In this document: one piece after another, positions 29,160 to 38,091 of the stretch | How positions within the stretch are numbered: the stretch's first letter is position 1 | Layout: every line of letters starts with the position of its first letter | Source: Candidatus Thorarchaeota archaeon | Lineage (GTDB): Archaea > Asgardarchaeota > Thorarchaeia > Thorarchaeales > Thorarchaeaceae | Reading direction: 5' to 3' | Assembly (NCBI GenBank): GCA_029855935.1 | Contig: JAGSHN010000005.1 | Location: 64,001-128,000 of the forward strand | DNA length: 64,000 bases | Notes under the pieces: model-generated | Database searches by the model: none | What the model was told of the DNA's origin: nothing | Seen by the model: the letters and a program-made list of their open reading frames with translations, nothing else | Program-made: the position numbers and the translations under genes

Positions 29160-30768
29160 CCTCACCCCCATAAAGGGTTGCGTGCCACTTATTACGCAGC
29201 GACAAGGCATAGTTGGGATCCACTGCCATCTCATTTACTAGACAGAAATATAGTGAGTCAACAATCGCCCAATTTACGATAAGACACGATATTTTCTCAT
29301 CACCTTCACGGACTGCCCATTGCCAAAGCGCGGAGGCCGTATTCACAAAGACACACATTTCGTCGGACTCCGGCCTATAGCTGTATTCCCAGAACAATGA
29401 GGGGTCATCGTATTGCGTCTGGGCTACTGAAATCAGCAGCCGACGACTATCGTCAATCGGGACACAGTTCGTAGTGTCAACATCTCCACCCGCCGCAGTT
29501 TCAGAAAAGTCCTGAGAGAGTAAGGATACGGCTTGTTTCGCGGCGCGCCTGAGACCTTGAATGATCTTGCGTGACTTTGCCCCTCCGTCGGTCGATGCAC
29601 GATACTCCTTTGACGCTTTCAACATCCGCTCAAGGATTGGCTGTAGTGCTCTCTGTGCGTCCTTCCACGACTGCAGCTCCGTATTCCATCCGACCTTCGT
29701 AAAATTAGGATCACACATGTCGAGGTGTACCTCGCCGTGTAATCGGGCATATGTTGGATGTGGTCTCTTTGGCAGTAGCCCGTTCTCATCAGGACCAGCC
29801 TTGTGAAATGCTTCGACCAATTGCCCCTTGCGAAATGTGTGGATACCCCAGAGACCAGAACCCGAGGCACTCGTCTGACGAAGAGCCAGCCAGCCCCTTA
29901 TTTTCATAGGTTCTCCTCGCTGTCCGCCCCCATAGTCTGGACGGGCCACTAGGTCCAGTTTGTCGAGAATGACCTTTGTTCCCGGTACAATAGGAATTTC
30001 GTCTGGCTCACAAGGAGCTAGTTCCCGCTCATTTCCTGAACTGTTATCAACAATAATTATCTTGATGTTATGATACTTGATCTCAGGCGAGAAATTTCGG
30101 CCGAGTTCTTCTCTCCATATCTCAGGCCTATGATGACGCTTGTGAAGATGCTCAATACGGATGTACGTACCGCTCTCTAGGCTGCCAAGAGGTCCACCAA
30201 GATCCGGTTCCTCGGAAACGCGGCCAATGATGCTGCCTAACTTCAAATGTCCGTTCTCGATTTCGTGGGTATCAATCTCTATCGAACTCTCCGTTCCATC
30301 TATAAGCGATCTAGTGCGGATCGCAAATTTCCAGCCAAGACCAAGAATCCCAACTTTCATACCCATTCCGTACATTCCCTTTCGGGACCGGAGGGGTATC
30401 CTCCGCTCATCAGAGGCGCCCCTAAGACGGAGAGCCATCTCCAGCTCGTCCAGTGTCATACCGATACCATTGTCCCAAACCTCAATGCTGTCGCCGTTAT
30501 ACCGTATCTTGATGACAGTTTCGGCGGGGCCAGCATCAATCACTCTGCGATATCGCCTGACGAATTCTTTGACATCAGGAACACCACGTTCCATATCCTC
30601 TTTGATGCGCAGGATCTCGTCTGCGCTGGGCCTTCGCCAGTCCAAAGCGTTTGCTACAAGCTCGGACAGGCATTGCACCACGCCAATATTTAGGGCTCCA
30701 ACTCCACGAGGTGTGAAGATCCTATCATCGGCCGTGATGTCGAGCTCCCGTTCTTTGAACCCCACCAT
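29149..30768 (-). CDS. MORC-type GHKL (HATPase_c) ATPase with S5-like domain
   Basis: ELVANALD, DNGIGM, GMYGMGMK, GTYI, then an S5-like region IRGWL...RLHGEVHLD...NFTK. Confidence 0.88.
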   Translation of the reverse strand: MVGFKERELDITADDRIFTPRGVGALNIGVVQCLSELVANALDWRRPSADEILRIKEDMERGVPDVKEFVRRYRRVIDAGPAETVIKIRYNGDSIEVWDNGIGMTLDELEMALRLRGASDERRIPLRSRKGMYGMGMKVGILGLGWKFAIRTRSLIDGTESSIEIDTHEIENGHLKLGSIIGRVSEEPDLGGPLGSLESGTYIRIEHLHKRHHRPEIWREELGRNFSPEIKYHNIKIIIVDNSSGNERELAPCEPDEIPIVPGTKVILDKLDLVARPDYGGGQRGEPMKIRGWLALRQTSASGSGLWGIHTFRKGQLVEAFHKAGPDENGLLPKRPHPTYARLHGEVHLDMCDPNFTKVGWNTELQSWKDAQRALQPILERMLKASKEYRASTDGGAKSRKIIQGLRRAAKQAVSLLSQDFSETAAGGDVDTTNCVPIDDSRRLLISVAQTQYDDPSLFWEYSYRPESDEMCVFVNTASALWQWAVREGDEKISCLIVNWAIVDSLYFCLVNEMAVDPNYALSLRNKWHATLYGGEVDD

Positions 30769-31050
30769 CTGAAACCAACCAGTTAGTTACAATTGTCTAT
30801 ACATATCTTTCTTCGACATACTTGGTACTCTGGCTTCTCCAGGCCAACACGGACTGAACGGAAACTTTGCATCATCATTCGAAGAGTGATCGTGCCGCAT
30901 TGGCAGTCAAATGTAGGAGAGTTAGGTGCCTCACTCAACGACCCACTCAACCCCTACCCTAGTTTGTGGGCCTCATGGGACCATTGGGATTGTGTTTGAA
31001 GCACTACTTGGAATTTTAGGGTCAGAAACTCGCCCAAGCCTCTATGGATC

Positions 31051-31440
31051 CTAGCTAGGGTCCTCAACCTCAACCTCGATGTCACGTATGAAGAACTCCT
31101 TACCTCCAATGATCTCTGTGGCACTGCTCCCACAACGCGGGCATTTCATTGGGGCAAAGACGGCGAGTTCAGGAGGTAGGCTCGAATCAGACTGGCTCTC
31201 ACCCTCGAACCCGCAATCCTCGCATTTCAGGCGACCAGGTACAGGAACTATGTTCAATTCAGCGCCCTCAAGGAGCGTATTCTGAGATGCGATTTCGAAG
31301 TTGAATTTCAGCTGTTCGTGAACAAGGAATGTAAACTCCCCCACCTCAACATTGACACGATTGACCCGTCTTACAGGATGCTCCTGTAGTGCACTGAGTG
31401 CTAGCTCTACCAAGGACATTACTGCCGCAAGCTCGTGCAT
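31051..31440 (-). CDS. hypA: Hydrogenase nickel metallochaperone HypA
   Basis: MHE N-terminus; CEDC and CPRC Zn site. Confidence 0.95.
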   Translation of the reverse strand: MHELAAVMSLVELALSALQEHPVRRVNRVNVEVGEFTFLVHEQLKFNFEIASQNTLLEGAELNIVPVPGRLKCEDCGFEGESQSDSSLPPELAVFAPMKCPRCGSSATEIIGGKEFFIRDIEVEVEDPS

Positions 31441-31560
31441 TTTGACATCGAAAAGAGTACAAAAGATATTGCATATGCAACTTGCGATATGAGCTAAGCG
31501 TATCGGTGACTGGAAAGAGTGGACTTATCAGGATAGATCTGCAAAGTTAGATCGAGTTGC

Positions 31561-32418
31561 ATGAGAGGTCCTGTACCGCGTCCCATCGTCAAATGGGCTG
31601 GAGGCAAGGCTCAGCTACTTCAGGAGCTGGAGGATAACCTTCCAGCCTCATTCGGTACGTACTATGAGCCTTTCTTTGGTGGGGGCGCACTCTTCTTTCA
31701 TCTCTCAGCCAAAGGAGTAGTGAGGCGGGCAATCCTTTCAGACCTTAATAGAGATCTTATGAATCTCTACACGGTGGTAAGAGATAATGTAGGGGACCTG
31801 ATTACAGAACTGGCATCAGGGAAGTACAAGAACGAGAGAGATGTCTACTACAAGATCAGAGGAGAGGAGCCAACAGACCCCATCAAGAGAGCTGCAAGAT
31901 TCATCTACTTGAACAAGACCTGCTACAACGGACTGTACCGTGTCAATGCTGCAGGGAAGTTCAATGTCCCGTTTGGCAGATATCGAAATCCCAAGATCCT
32001 AGATGCGGAGAACCTGAGAGCTGCGAGCCAAGCCCTGCAGAGAGCCAGACTATTGATTTCCGATTTTGAGGATGCAGTGCGTTCAGCCAAGGCAGGAGAC
32101 CTTGTGTACTTCGATCCGCCGTATGACCCAGTGAGTGACACAGCCGACTTCACATCATATACAGAGAGAGGGTTCGGAACCGAGGAGCAGAAGCGTCTTG
32201 CAAGAGTATTCAGAGAGCTTGACGAACGGGGTTGTTTCGTACTTGAGAGTAATTCATCCACCGAGTTCATCACGAGGCTGTATTCAGACTATCACATCGT
32301 ACAGGTGTTTGCGAAAAGAGCAATAAGCTCCGACGCCTCCACAAGGGGGCCCATCCAAGAGCTCATAATAAGAAACTATGAGATCACCACCCCCCAGACA
32401 CGCATTGATGAGTTCTAG
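31561..32418 (+). CDS. dam: Dam-family (D12 class) DNA adenine methyltransferase
   Basis: KWAGGK, YYEPFFGGG, YLNKTCYNGLYRVN, FNVPFG, DPPY. Confidence 0.93.
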   Translation: MRGPVPRPIVKWAGGKAQLLQELEDNLPASFGTYYEPFFGGGALFFHLSAKGVVRRAILSDLNRDLMNLYTVVRDNVGDLITELASGKYKNERDVYYKIRGEEPTDPIKRAARFIYLNKTCYNGLYRVNAAGKFNVPFGRYRNPKILDAENLRAASQALQRARLLISDFEDAVRSAKAGDLVYFDPPYDPVSDTADFTSYTERGFGTEEQKRLARVFRELDERGCFVLESNSSTEFITRLYSDYHIVQVFAKRAISSDASTRGPIQELIIRNYEITTPQTRIDEF

Positions 32419-33917
32419 GTCCGCTTGTGATAGATGAGGAGATAGTCATGAGTGATACTGAGAGGGGCCATGGGAGAGGTCGGTACTGGCGGATTGTCAT
32501 TAGCCACAACCACAATTTCGCGAATATCGAGTGCTGGAATGGGCTCTCGCCAAACTTCAAGGGCAGGGCTAACAGTCATCCCGTCTATCCTGAAGTCACG
32601 AGTGTGAATGACGAGATGACCTCCAGGAGCGACCCGCTGGATGCCGTGCCGGATGGCCATTCGAAGCGCATCCACATATTTCCTGATGCTTGAGGGGAGA
32701 ATGGACTCCATAGATGATGACTTGATATATACTAAGTCGACTGGGAACTCATCTGGTTCAACGCAGTTTCTGATAGACGGAGAAACCACAATCTCTAGAG
32801 TATCGGAGTCGCCCCCATATCGATAAGTAACATTCTGATCCATCAGAGAGGACTTCTCTGTACAAGGGAGAATCCAAGTCGTCTTACACTCGACCACAGG
32901 GGGCTCCAGGTGGGTGGAAATGTAGCGATAGTTGATCCCCACATCCTGTCGCATTTCATCCGGGATGAGTGAAGTAGTTGGAGGCACAGTAGGATGGGAT
33001 TTCACGAACACAGCTAGATATTCGTGGGATAGTAGAAGGAAATTATGTTTCACACTGCGGGAATACCAGAAGCCAGTTGTACGACAGTTATGTTGCCGCT
33101 TGATTATCAGATCCTTGAGAAGAAAGCCTTCCCGGAGAAATGTTTCGATTGTCTGAAAGCCCAGAGGCACAACGTGTCGGTGTTTGCGGAGATCCCCAAT
33201 CAGAATTGCAGCATGCCCCAAGGATTTCAAGACGCGATAACATTCTCCAGCCACCACCTTCATACTCTCGACGAATGCGGTGGGATCCTGAAGCGATAGG
33301 TCGTTCTCAATACCTGATGTATACCGGACAATGTTGGCGTAGGGCGGATGTGTGCAGATCAGGTCAACGGTCCCGTCATCAATACAACGAAGGTCAAGCG
33401 CGTCACCGACCTCTACACAGGGTTCGTACGTCGTTGGCGGTGTTTCACTTGTCAGCGTCGTCTGCATAGCGTGGCCGAAGTCCAAGTTCTTCCTCGTAAG
33501 AAGAATCGCAGCAGGGTTTATGTCCAAGGCGATGCACCTTCGTCCTAGAAGCTTGGCCTCTATGGCGGTGGTTCCTCCACCACAGAACTGGTCTAGGACG
33601 AGGTCACCCGGGGAACTGTATCGCAGAATTATGTTTCTTGGAATGTAGGGGGACCAATTTCCCCGATAATTCCCGGAATGTGTCGCCCATTTGCCGCGTT
33701 GTCTGAAGCTCCACACGGTGGTGGTTTCCAAGTGAAAGTCCTTTGGAGCGTAATGAGTGATCTCCTGTGGTCGGAAGAGATTGAGATTAACACCTGTCTT
33801 CTCAATTATGGCCAGCTCAATCTCTCGAAGACTTACCGAGAACTTGCTCATTATCGCCTCATCAGACATCCCGCGCATCTTGGCGGCAAGAATCTCGTCA
33901 CTGAGGCTGCGGCTCAC
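32415..33917 (-). CDS. Amino (N4C/N6A) DNA methyltransferase with N-terminal HTH and a degenerate second MTase domain
   Basis: YRGNWSPYIPR, DQFCGGGTT (SAM), THPPY (catalytic); C-terminal ~180 aa repeats the fold without these motifs. Confidence 0.85.
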   Translation of the reverse strand: MSRSLSDEILAAKMRGMSDEAIMSKFSVSLREIELAIIEKTGVNLNLFRPQEITHYAPKDFHLETTTVWSFRQRGKWATHSGNYRGNWSPYIPRNIILRYSSPGDLVLDQFCGGGTTAIEAKLLGRRCIALDINPAAILLTRKNLDFGHAMQTTLTSETPPTTYEPCVEVGDALDLRCIDDGTVDLICTHPPYANIVRYTSGIENDLSLQDPTAFVESMKVVAGECYRVLKSLGHAAILIGDLRKHRHVVPLGFQTIETFLREGFLLKDLIIKRQHNCRTTGFWYSRSVKHNFLLLSHEYLAVFVKSHPTVPPTTSLIPDEMRQDVGINYRYISTHLEPPVVECKTTWILPCTEKSSLMDQNVTYRYGGDSDTLEIVVSPSIRNCVEPDEFPVDLVYIKSSSMESILPSSIRKYVDALRMAIRHGIQRVAPGGHLVIHTRDFRIDGMTVSPALEVWREPIPALDIREIVVVANDNPPVPTSPMAPLSITHDYLLIYHKRT

Positions 33918-34035
33918 TTCCTGTTCACCCGACTGCTAGCTAGGTGAAACGCGAGTCTGATTAACACCACGCTTTCTTCACGATACCCAACCCATATAAC
34001 TGACGGGATCCAATAAGAAAGAGAGGGGAGAAACA

Positions 34036-35163
34036 ATGGAGGAAGAGGCAGAGGCGGGTGTCTTCGTCACCCTCTACGACCGGGAAACTCTTGAGATCTA
34101 CCTCAAGAACGGTGTATACGGGACGTTGATGCCTCCAGTTGACGGAATGACGCTTTCCCGCACTAGACATTTTCATACTCTCGGAGACTATTCATGCCTC
34201 CGTGGAGGTATGCACTTGTTCTTCTTCTTGAAACGGTTCATAGTCTACGGCGGGCGTATCAAGGGATCTAAGAAATACGGGGCGTTCTATTTGAATGGCA
34301 TGCAGAGCCCACTGGGAAAAGCGGCAGAGGCGCCATTGGTGTGGGACGAGTCAAATAGAAGTAGATATACACCAACCAGTGAAGAAGGGCTCTTCGAAGT
34401 ACCAGATGCTGGCCGACGCTGCCAGCCGTACTTGGTTCTGTTTGATGATGATAGTGGACTGAGAGGAAGAAAAATCCGGTCTGATGAACTCTATTTCAAA
34501 CTAGGGAGATTTCCATATCCACTACCCTCAAACTCTATCCAGGGAATGAGCTTCTGCGTTCTCACACCTGGTGAAACTGACATACTGTTGGATCTCATGA
34601 ACATGAGCGATGAGGTAGTCGACTATGCGAAAAGCCAAGAAATGAGGCTCGAAGACACGCCCACACCATTTCATCCAAAATGGGGAATTGGCAGTGTGAA
34701 GGAGGCGTACGAAGCTTACGAACTCTTGAAACAGAGGCATAGAGGTCGTGAAACAGAGGCCTTACTACGAGGTGACGTGCTCATAAATGAGGCGCATCTG
34801 GAGGCATCTGTTTTGGCCAACCCTGAACTGCTTCCCAGGGAGATGCAACCGCGCAACCATACTCTTAGCAGGCAAGTTCCTATCTCACCCTTCAAACCGT
34901 TTCAAATGGATAGAGCGGACATCTGCTACTATTCAAGAGAGGCCCCCATCGGCAATGGCACTTTGCCTAGTGTCATCATCGAATTGAAGATGAAGCAGGC
35001 AGGCAAAGCAGAAGTGGAGCAAGTCGAACGCTATCTGGATTGGCTATTCTTAGTTAGGCCAGAAGAGGCACGCCAAGTTCGTGCATTTCTGTATGCTCCA
35101 ATGTTTTCAAGAAGAGCTGAGGTAACGAAACATAGGGGACAGGTCAACCTCATTACCTTCTAG
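34036..35163 (+). CDS. Putative restriction endonuclease: EVE/PUA-like N-terminus plus NucS-like PD-(D/E)xK domain
   Basis: C-terminal EAHLE...DRADI...IIELK...QVERY; N-terminal LEIYLKNGVYG...GMHLFFF; adjacent to two MTases. Confidence 0.72.
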   Translation: MEEEAEAGVFVTLYDRETLEIYLKNGVYGTLMPPVDGMTLSRTRHFHTLGDYSCLRGGMHLFFFLKRFIVYGGRIKGSKKYGAFYLNGMQSPLGKAAEAPLVWDESNRSRYTPTSEEGLFEVPDAGRRCQPYLVLFDDDSGLRGRKIRSDELYFKLGRFPYPLPSNSIQGMSFCVLTPGETDILLDLMNMSDEVVDYAKSQEMRLEDTPTPFHPKWGIGSVKEAYEAYELLKQRHRGRETEALLRGDVLINEAHLEASVLANPELLPREMQPRNHTLSRQVPISPFKPFQMDRADICYYSREAPIGNGTLPSVIIELKMKQAGKAEVEQVERYLDWLFLVRPEEARQVRAFLYAPMFSRRAEVTKHRGQVNLITF

Positions 35164-35247
35164 AAGATCTAGAGCACCCGAGAAAAGCAACGAAAATAAA
35201 GATCGCCGCAGCTCTGCCCACATAGTGATTCGACACTGAGGGAAGCA

Positions 35248-36456
35248 GTGATGGTATGGGATCTTATTATCGCCGGGGGAGGCCCGGCCGGTGCAACCTG
35301 TGCACGGAGAGCAGCGCAACTCGGCCTTGACGTGCTCCTAATCGAGAAACAGAATCACCCACGCAGAAAGGCGTGTGGCGGTGGACTGACTCCGCGTGTT
35401 GGAGATGCACTGGACTTGGACTTCTCGCCCGTGGTCGAGAGGGAACAAGGAGGACTCAGACTGTTCTCGCCATCGGGCCTCGCAGTCACCGAGAAACGGG
35501 CGGAGCTCACTGGCTACTTGGTCAGAAGAGAGGACTTCGATCACCTCCTGTTGAAGAAGGCAGAGGAGGCGGGGGCAACCGTATTGGAGGGGATCACCGT
35601 TCTGGACGTCATAGAGACCAGCAGCGGTGTTGATGTCGTCACCGATGACAAGACGTACACTGCACGACTGCTTGTGGGTGCGGATGGGGTCAACAGTACT
35701 GTGGCACGAAGAACGCAACTCAAGCCGAGGTGGAGAGATGACGAGATCTGCCTGTGCATAGAGGCCTCGGTGCCTATGGACTCATCAGACATTGAGAGGA
35801 TATTTGCTATTCCAGACAGCAGTGGTAGGGTCTTCATCGAGATCTATTTTGGCGCCCTGCGACACGGTTATGCGTGGGCCTTCCCGAAGAGAGAAGAGAT
35901 CAGCCTGGGAATTGGGGTCCTGGTCAGCGAGCTTGAAGACCTTAGGGGCGTGTGGAAACGATTCGTTGCATCGTTTGAGGACAGATATGGTGTGAGGGTT
36001 GACCTTTCAAACACAACAGCAGCGCGTGTGCCGCTCAAGGGCCCCATCAAGAACACTGTGACGAAGCGAGTGATGCTGGTCGGTGATGCTGGGGGCTTTG
36101 TGTCACCCGCCACTGGTGAGGGGATATACTACGCTATAGAAACTGGCAGGCTTGCGGCAGAAGTCTCCAAGGAGATACTGAGTGGTGCAGAGGGTATGAC
36201 GACGCAGACCTATCAGCAGAGATGGAGAAGAGCGTTCGGGAAAGACCTTGATGTCGCGAACTTCCTAGCAGGCATGATGTTCCATTCCATCGAGAATATG
36301 GAGGCGGTCTGCAGGATGGCACATGACGACCCAGTCATGCGCAGTCACACGTTCGAGATGATCACTGGAGCAGTGACTTACAAGGAGTCCAGGAACAGAC
36401 TGATCAAGAGGATGTTGCGAAAGCATCTTGGGACTGCCGTCAAGATGGTGTTGTGA
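35248..36456 (+). CDS. Geranylgeranyl reductase family flavoprotein
   Basis: GGGPAG, PRRKACGGG, GADG, GYAWAFPK, GDAGGFVSPATGEGI. Confidence 0.92.
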   Translation: MMVWDLIIAGGGPAGATCARRAAQLGLDVLLIEKQNHPRRKACGGGLTPRVGDALDLDFSPVVEREQGGLRLFSPSGLAVTEKRAELTGYLVRREDFDHLLLKKAEEAGATVLEGITVLDVIETSSGVDVVTDDKTYTARLLVGADGVNSTVARRTQLKPRWRDDEICLCIEASVPMDSSDIERIFAIPDSSGRVFIEIYFGALRHGYAWAFPKREEISLGIGVLVSELEDLRGVWKRFVASFEDRYGVRVDLSNTTAARVPLKGPIKNTVTKRVMLVGDAGGFVSPATGEGIYYAIETGRLAAEVSKEILSGAEGMTTQTYQQRWRRAFGKDLDVANFLAGMMFHSIENMEAVCRMAHDDPVMRSHTFEMITGAVTYKESRNRLIKRMLRKHLGTAVKMVL

Positions 36457-36470
36457 AGAGAGGGGGTTGC

Positions 36471-36491
36471 GCGGCATGAGATTCATGCCGC
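36471..36491. terminator. Perfect 9-bp inverted repeat between convergent genes, possible terminator
   Basis: GCGGCATGA-GAT-TCATGCCGC between the GGR and tfrB stop codons. Confidence 0.5.
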
Positions 36492-36510
36492 ATACTACGG
36501 AGGACTGACA

Positions 36511-38091
36511 CTAGTCCTCAGCATCACCCTTGCGATAGGACTCGGCCAACAGGTCTGGCAGATACCTTGTCGCGATGTCTGTGCCCTTTAGAATGTCCCG
36601 AATCTGGATTGTGCAGAAGGGGCACTCGGTTGCGACCATGTCAGCACCAGTGGCTTCGATGTAGCCCCGTTTTCGGGCGGCAATCTTCATGGAGATCTCA
36701 CGTTGACCCGCACGGACACCTCCACCTGCACCACAGCACCGATTCTTGTACGGGTCGTCGATGTATTCAACGCCCGGAATCATCTGCAGGAGTTCGATGG
36801 GCTGCTCGACAACCCCCTGACCACGGCCGAGATGGCAGGGCTCGTGGTAGGTCACTCTCAGATTGACCTCACCCTTCGGTGGGACTATGTTGTCCTTTCC
36901 GAGAACATCAATCAGGTATTCGGCGAGGTCGTACACCTTGAACTTCGGTGGCTCGCCGCGCTCGCTCTCAATGAAGGGACGATGATCCTCGCGGAGCGTC
37001 TTTCCACAGCCTGCACAGGCGACGACAACTGTGTCGAGGTCATACTCTTCCATCACTCTCTCGAATATCTCCGTCACACGCCGTGCAGCATCGTGGGCGG
37101 TTTCAAGATCGCCAGTACGGAAGGCAGGGCTCGCGCAGCACCACTGCTCCTTCGGCACAATCACATCAATACCGTTACGATTTAGTACCTCAATGAGCGA
37201 GCGGCCCGTGTCCTGCATCCTGTAGTCAATCAGACATCCTGTGAAGAAAGCAACACGGCCCCGTGGGTTCTCGACCAGAAACTCCTCAGACTCCAGACTC
37301 TTCAGAAGGGGAGTGTCCTTCTCTGGGACAGAACGGCCAGTCCGGTTTATGCTATCGATGAAGCCCTGCTGACCCTCCACCAGTGGGTAGCCGGCCTCGA
37401 CAGCCTTTGCCCGCAGCAACTCCACAGCCAAGCTGGGAATCTTGATGTGTTTCGGACAGCTGTCCTCGCACATCTTGCAGGTGGTGCACATGTAGACTGC
37501 CTCATCAAGAGCCATACTGATACGGTCCTCCACGTCGCGCGGGTCCATCTCAAGACGTGCCAGCTGGCGGATTATCATGGGACCGGCATAGTCCCAAGTT
37601 TCGCGCACAACAGGGCAGTTGGACAGACAGGCACTGCACTCTATGCACTTCCGCAACTCTCGAACAATCTCAATGTCCTGCTGATGGATTATCTCGGGAC
37701 GTGGTGCAGGCTTGTCCCGCGCAACGTATGGACGCACACGGGTCAATCGTGCCTGAGTCCGTGACATATCCACGACGAGGTCCTTGATCACCGGCATCTT
37801 CTCAAGAGGCTCTAGAACGAGATCTTGGTCTGGGTCGACCTTGGCACGACATGCGAGACGTGCTATAGTGTTCACCCTGACGGCACAAGAACCACACTGA
37901 CCACCTCGACACTCCCATCGGAAGGCAAGGCTGGAGTCGTACTTATCTTGAATGTAGAGGAGGGCGTCGAGAACAGTCATCCCGGGCTCGTACTCAACGT
38001 CAAACTCTTGGAAGTGGGGAGCATCATCAATATCGGGGTTGTATCGCAGAACCTTTGCCTTGAACGTTCTTGCCACTGGTATCGCCTCCAA
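36511..38091 (-). CDS. tfrB: Thiol:fumarate reductase subunit B (Fe-S plus CCG domains)
   Basis: CRGGQCGSC 2Fe-2S site, CIECSACLSNC and CTTCKMCEDSC, HdrD-like CCA and CCG motifs. Confidence 0.9.
   Translation of the reverse strand: MEAIPVARTFKAKVLRYNPDIDDAPHFQEFDVEYEPGMTVLDALLYIQDKYDSSLAFRWECRGGQCGSCAVRVNTIARLACRAKVDPDQDLVLEPLEKMPVIKDLVVDMSRTQARLTRVRPYVARDKPAPRPEIIHQQDIEIVRELRKCIECSACLSNCPVVRETWDYAGPMIIRQLARLEMDPRDVEDRISMALDEAVYMCTTCKMCEDSCPKHIKIPSLAVELLRAKAVEAGYPLVEGQQGFIDSINRTGRSVPEKDTPLLKSLESEEFLVENPRGRVAFFTGCLIDYRMQDTGRSLIEVLNRNGIDVIVPKEQWCCASPAFRTGDLETAHDAARRVTEIFERVMEEYDLDTVVVACAGCGKTLREDHRPFIESERGEPPKFKVYDLAEYLIDVLGKDNIVPPKGEVNLRVTYHEPCHLGRGQGVVEQPIELLQMIPGVEYIDDPYKNRCCGAGGGVRAGQREISMKIAARKRGYIEATGADMVATECPFCTIQIRDILKGTDIATRYLPDLLAESYRKGDAED

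Noticed and set aside
24667-31050. Attachment sites, integrase or transposase bounding the MORC-SNF2 island
   Set aside because: No direct repeats or mobility genes found by eye, so it is not called a mobile element
24929-35163. Calling the region DISARM, or Wadjet together with SMC
   Set aside because: No DrmA/DrmB; smc-scpA-scpB is the canonical condensin-type set with no JetD
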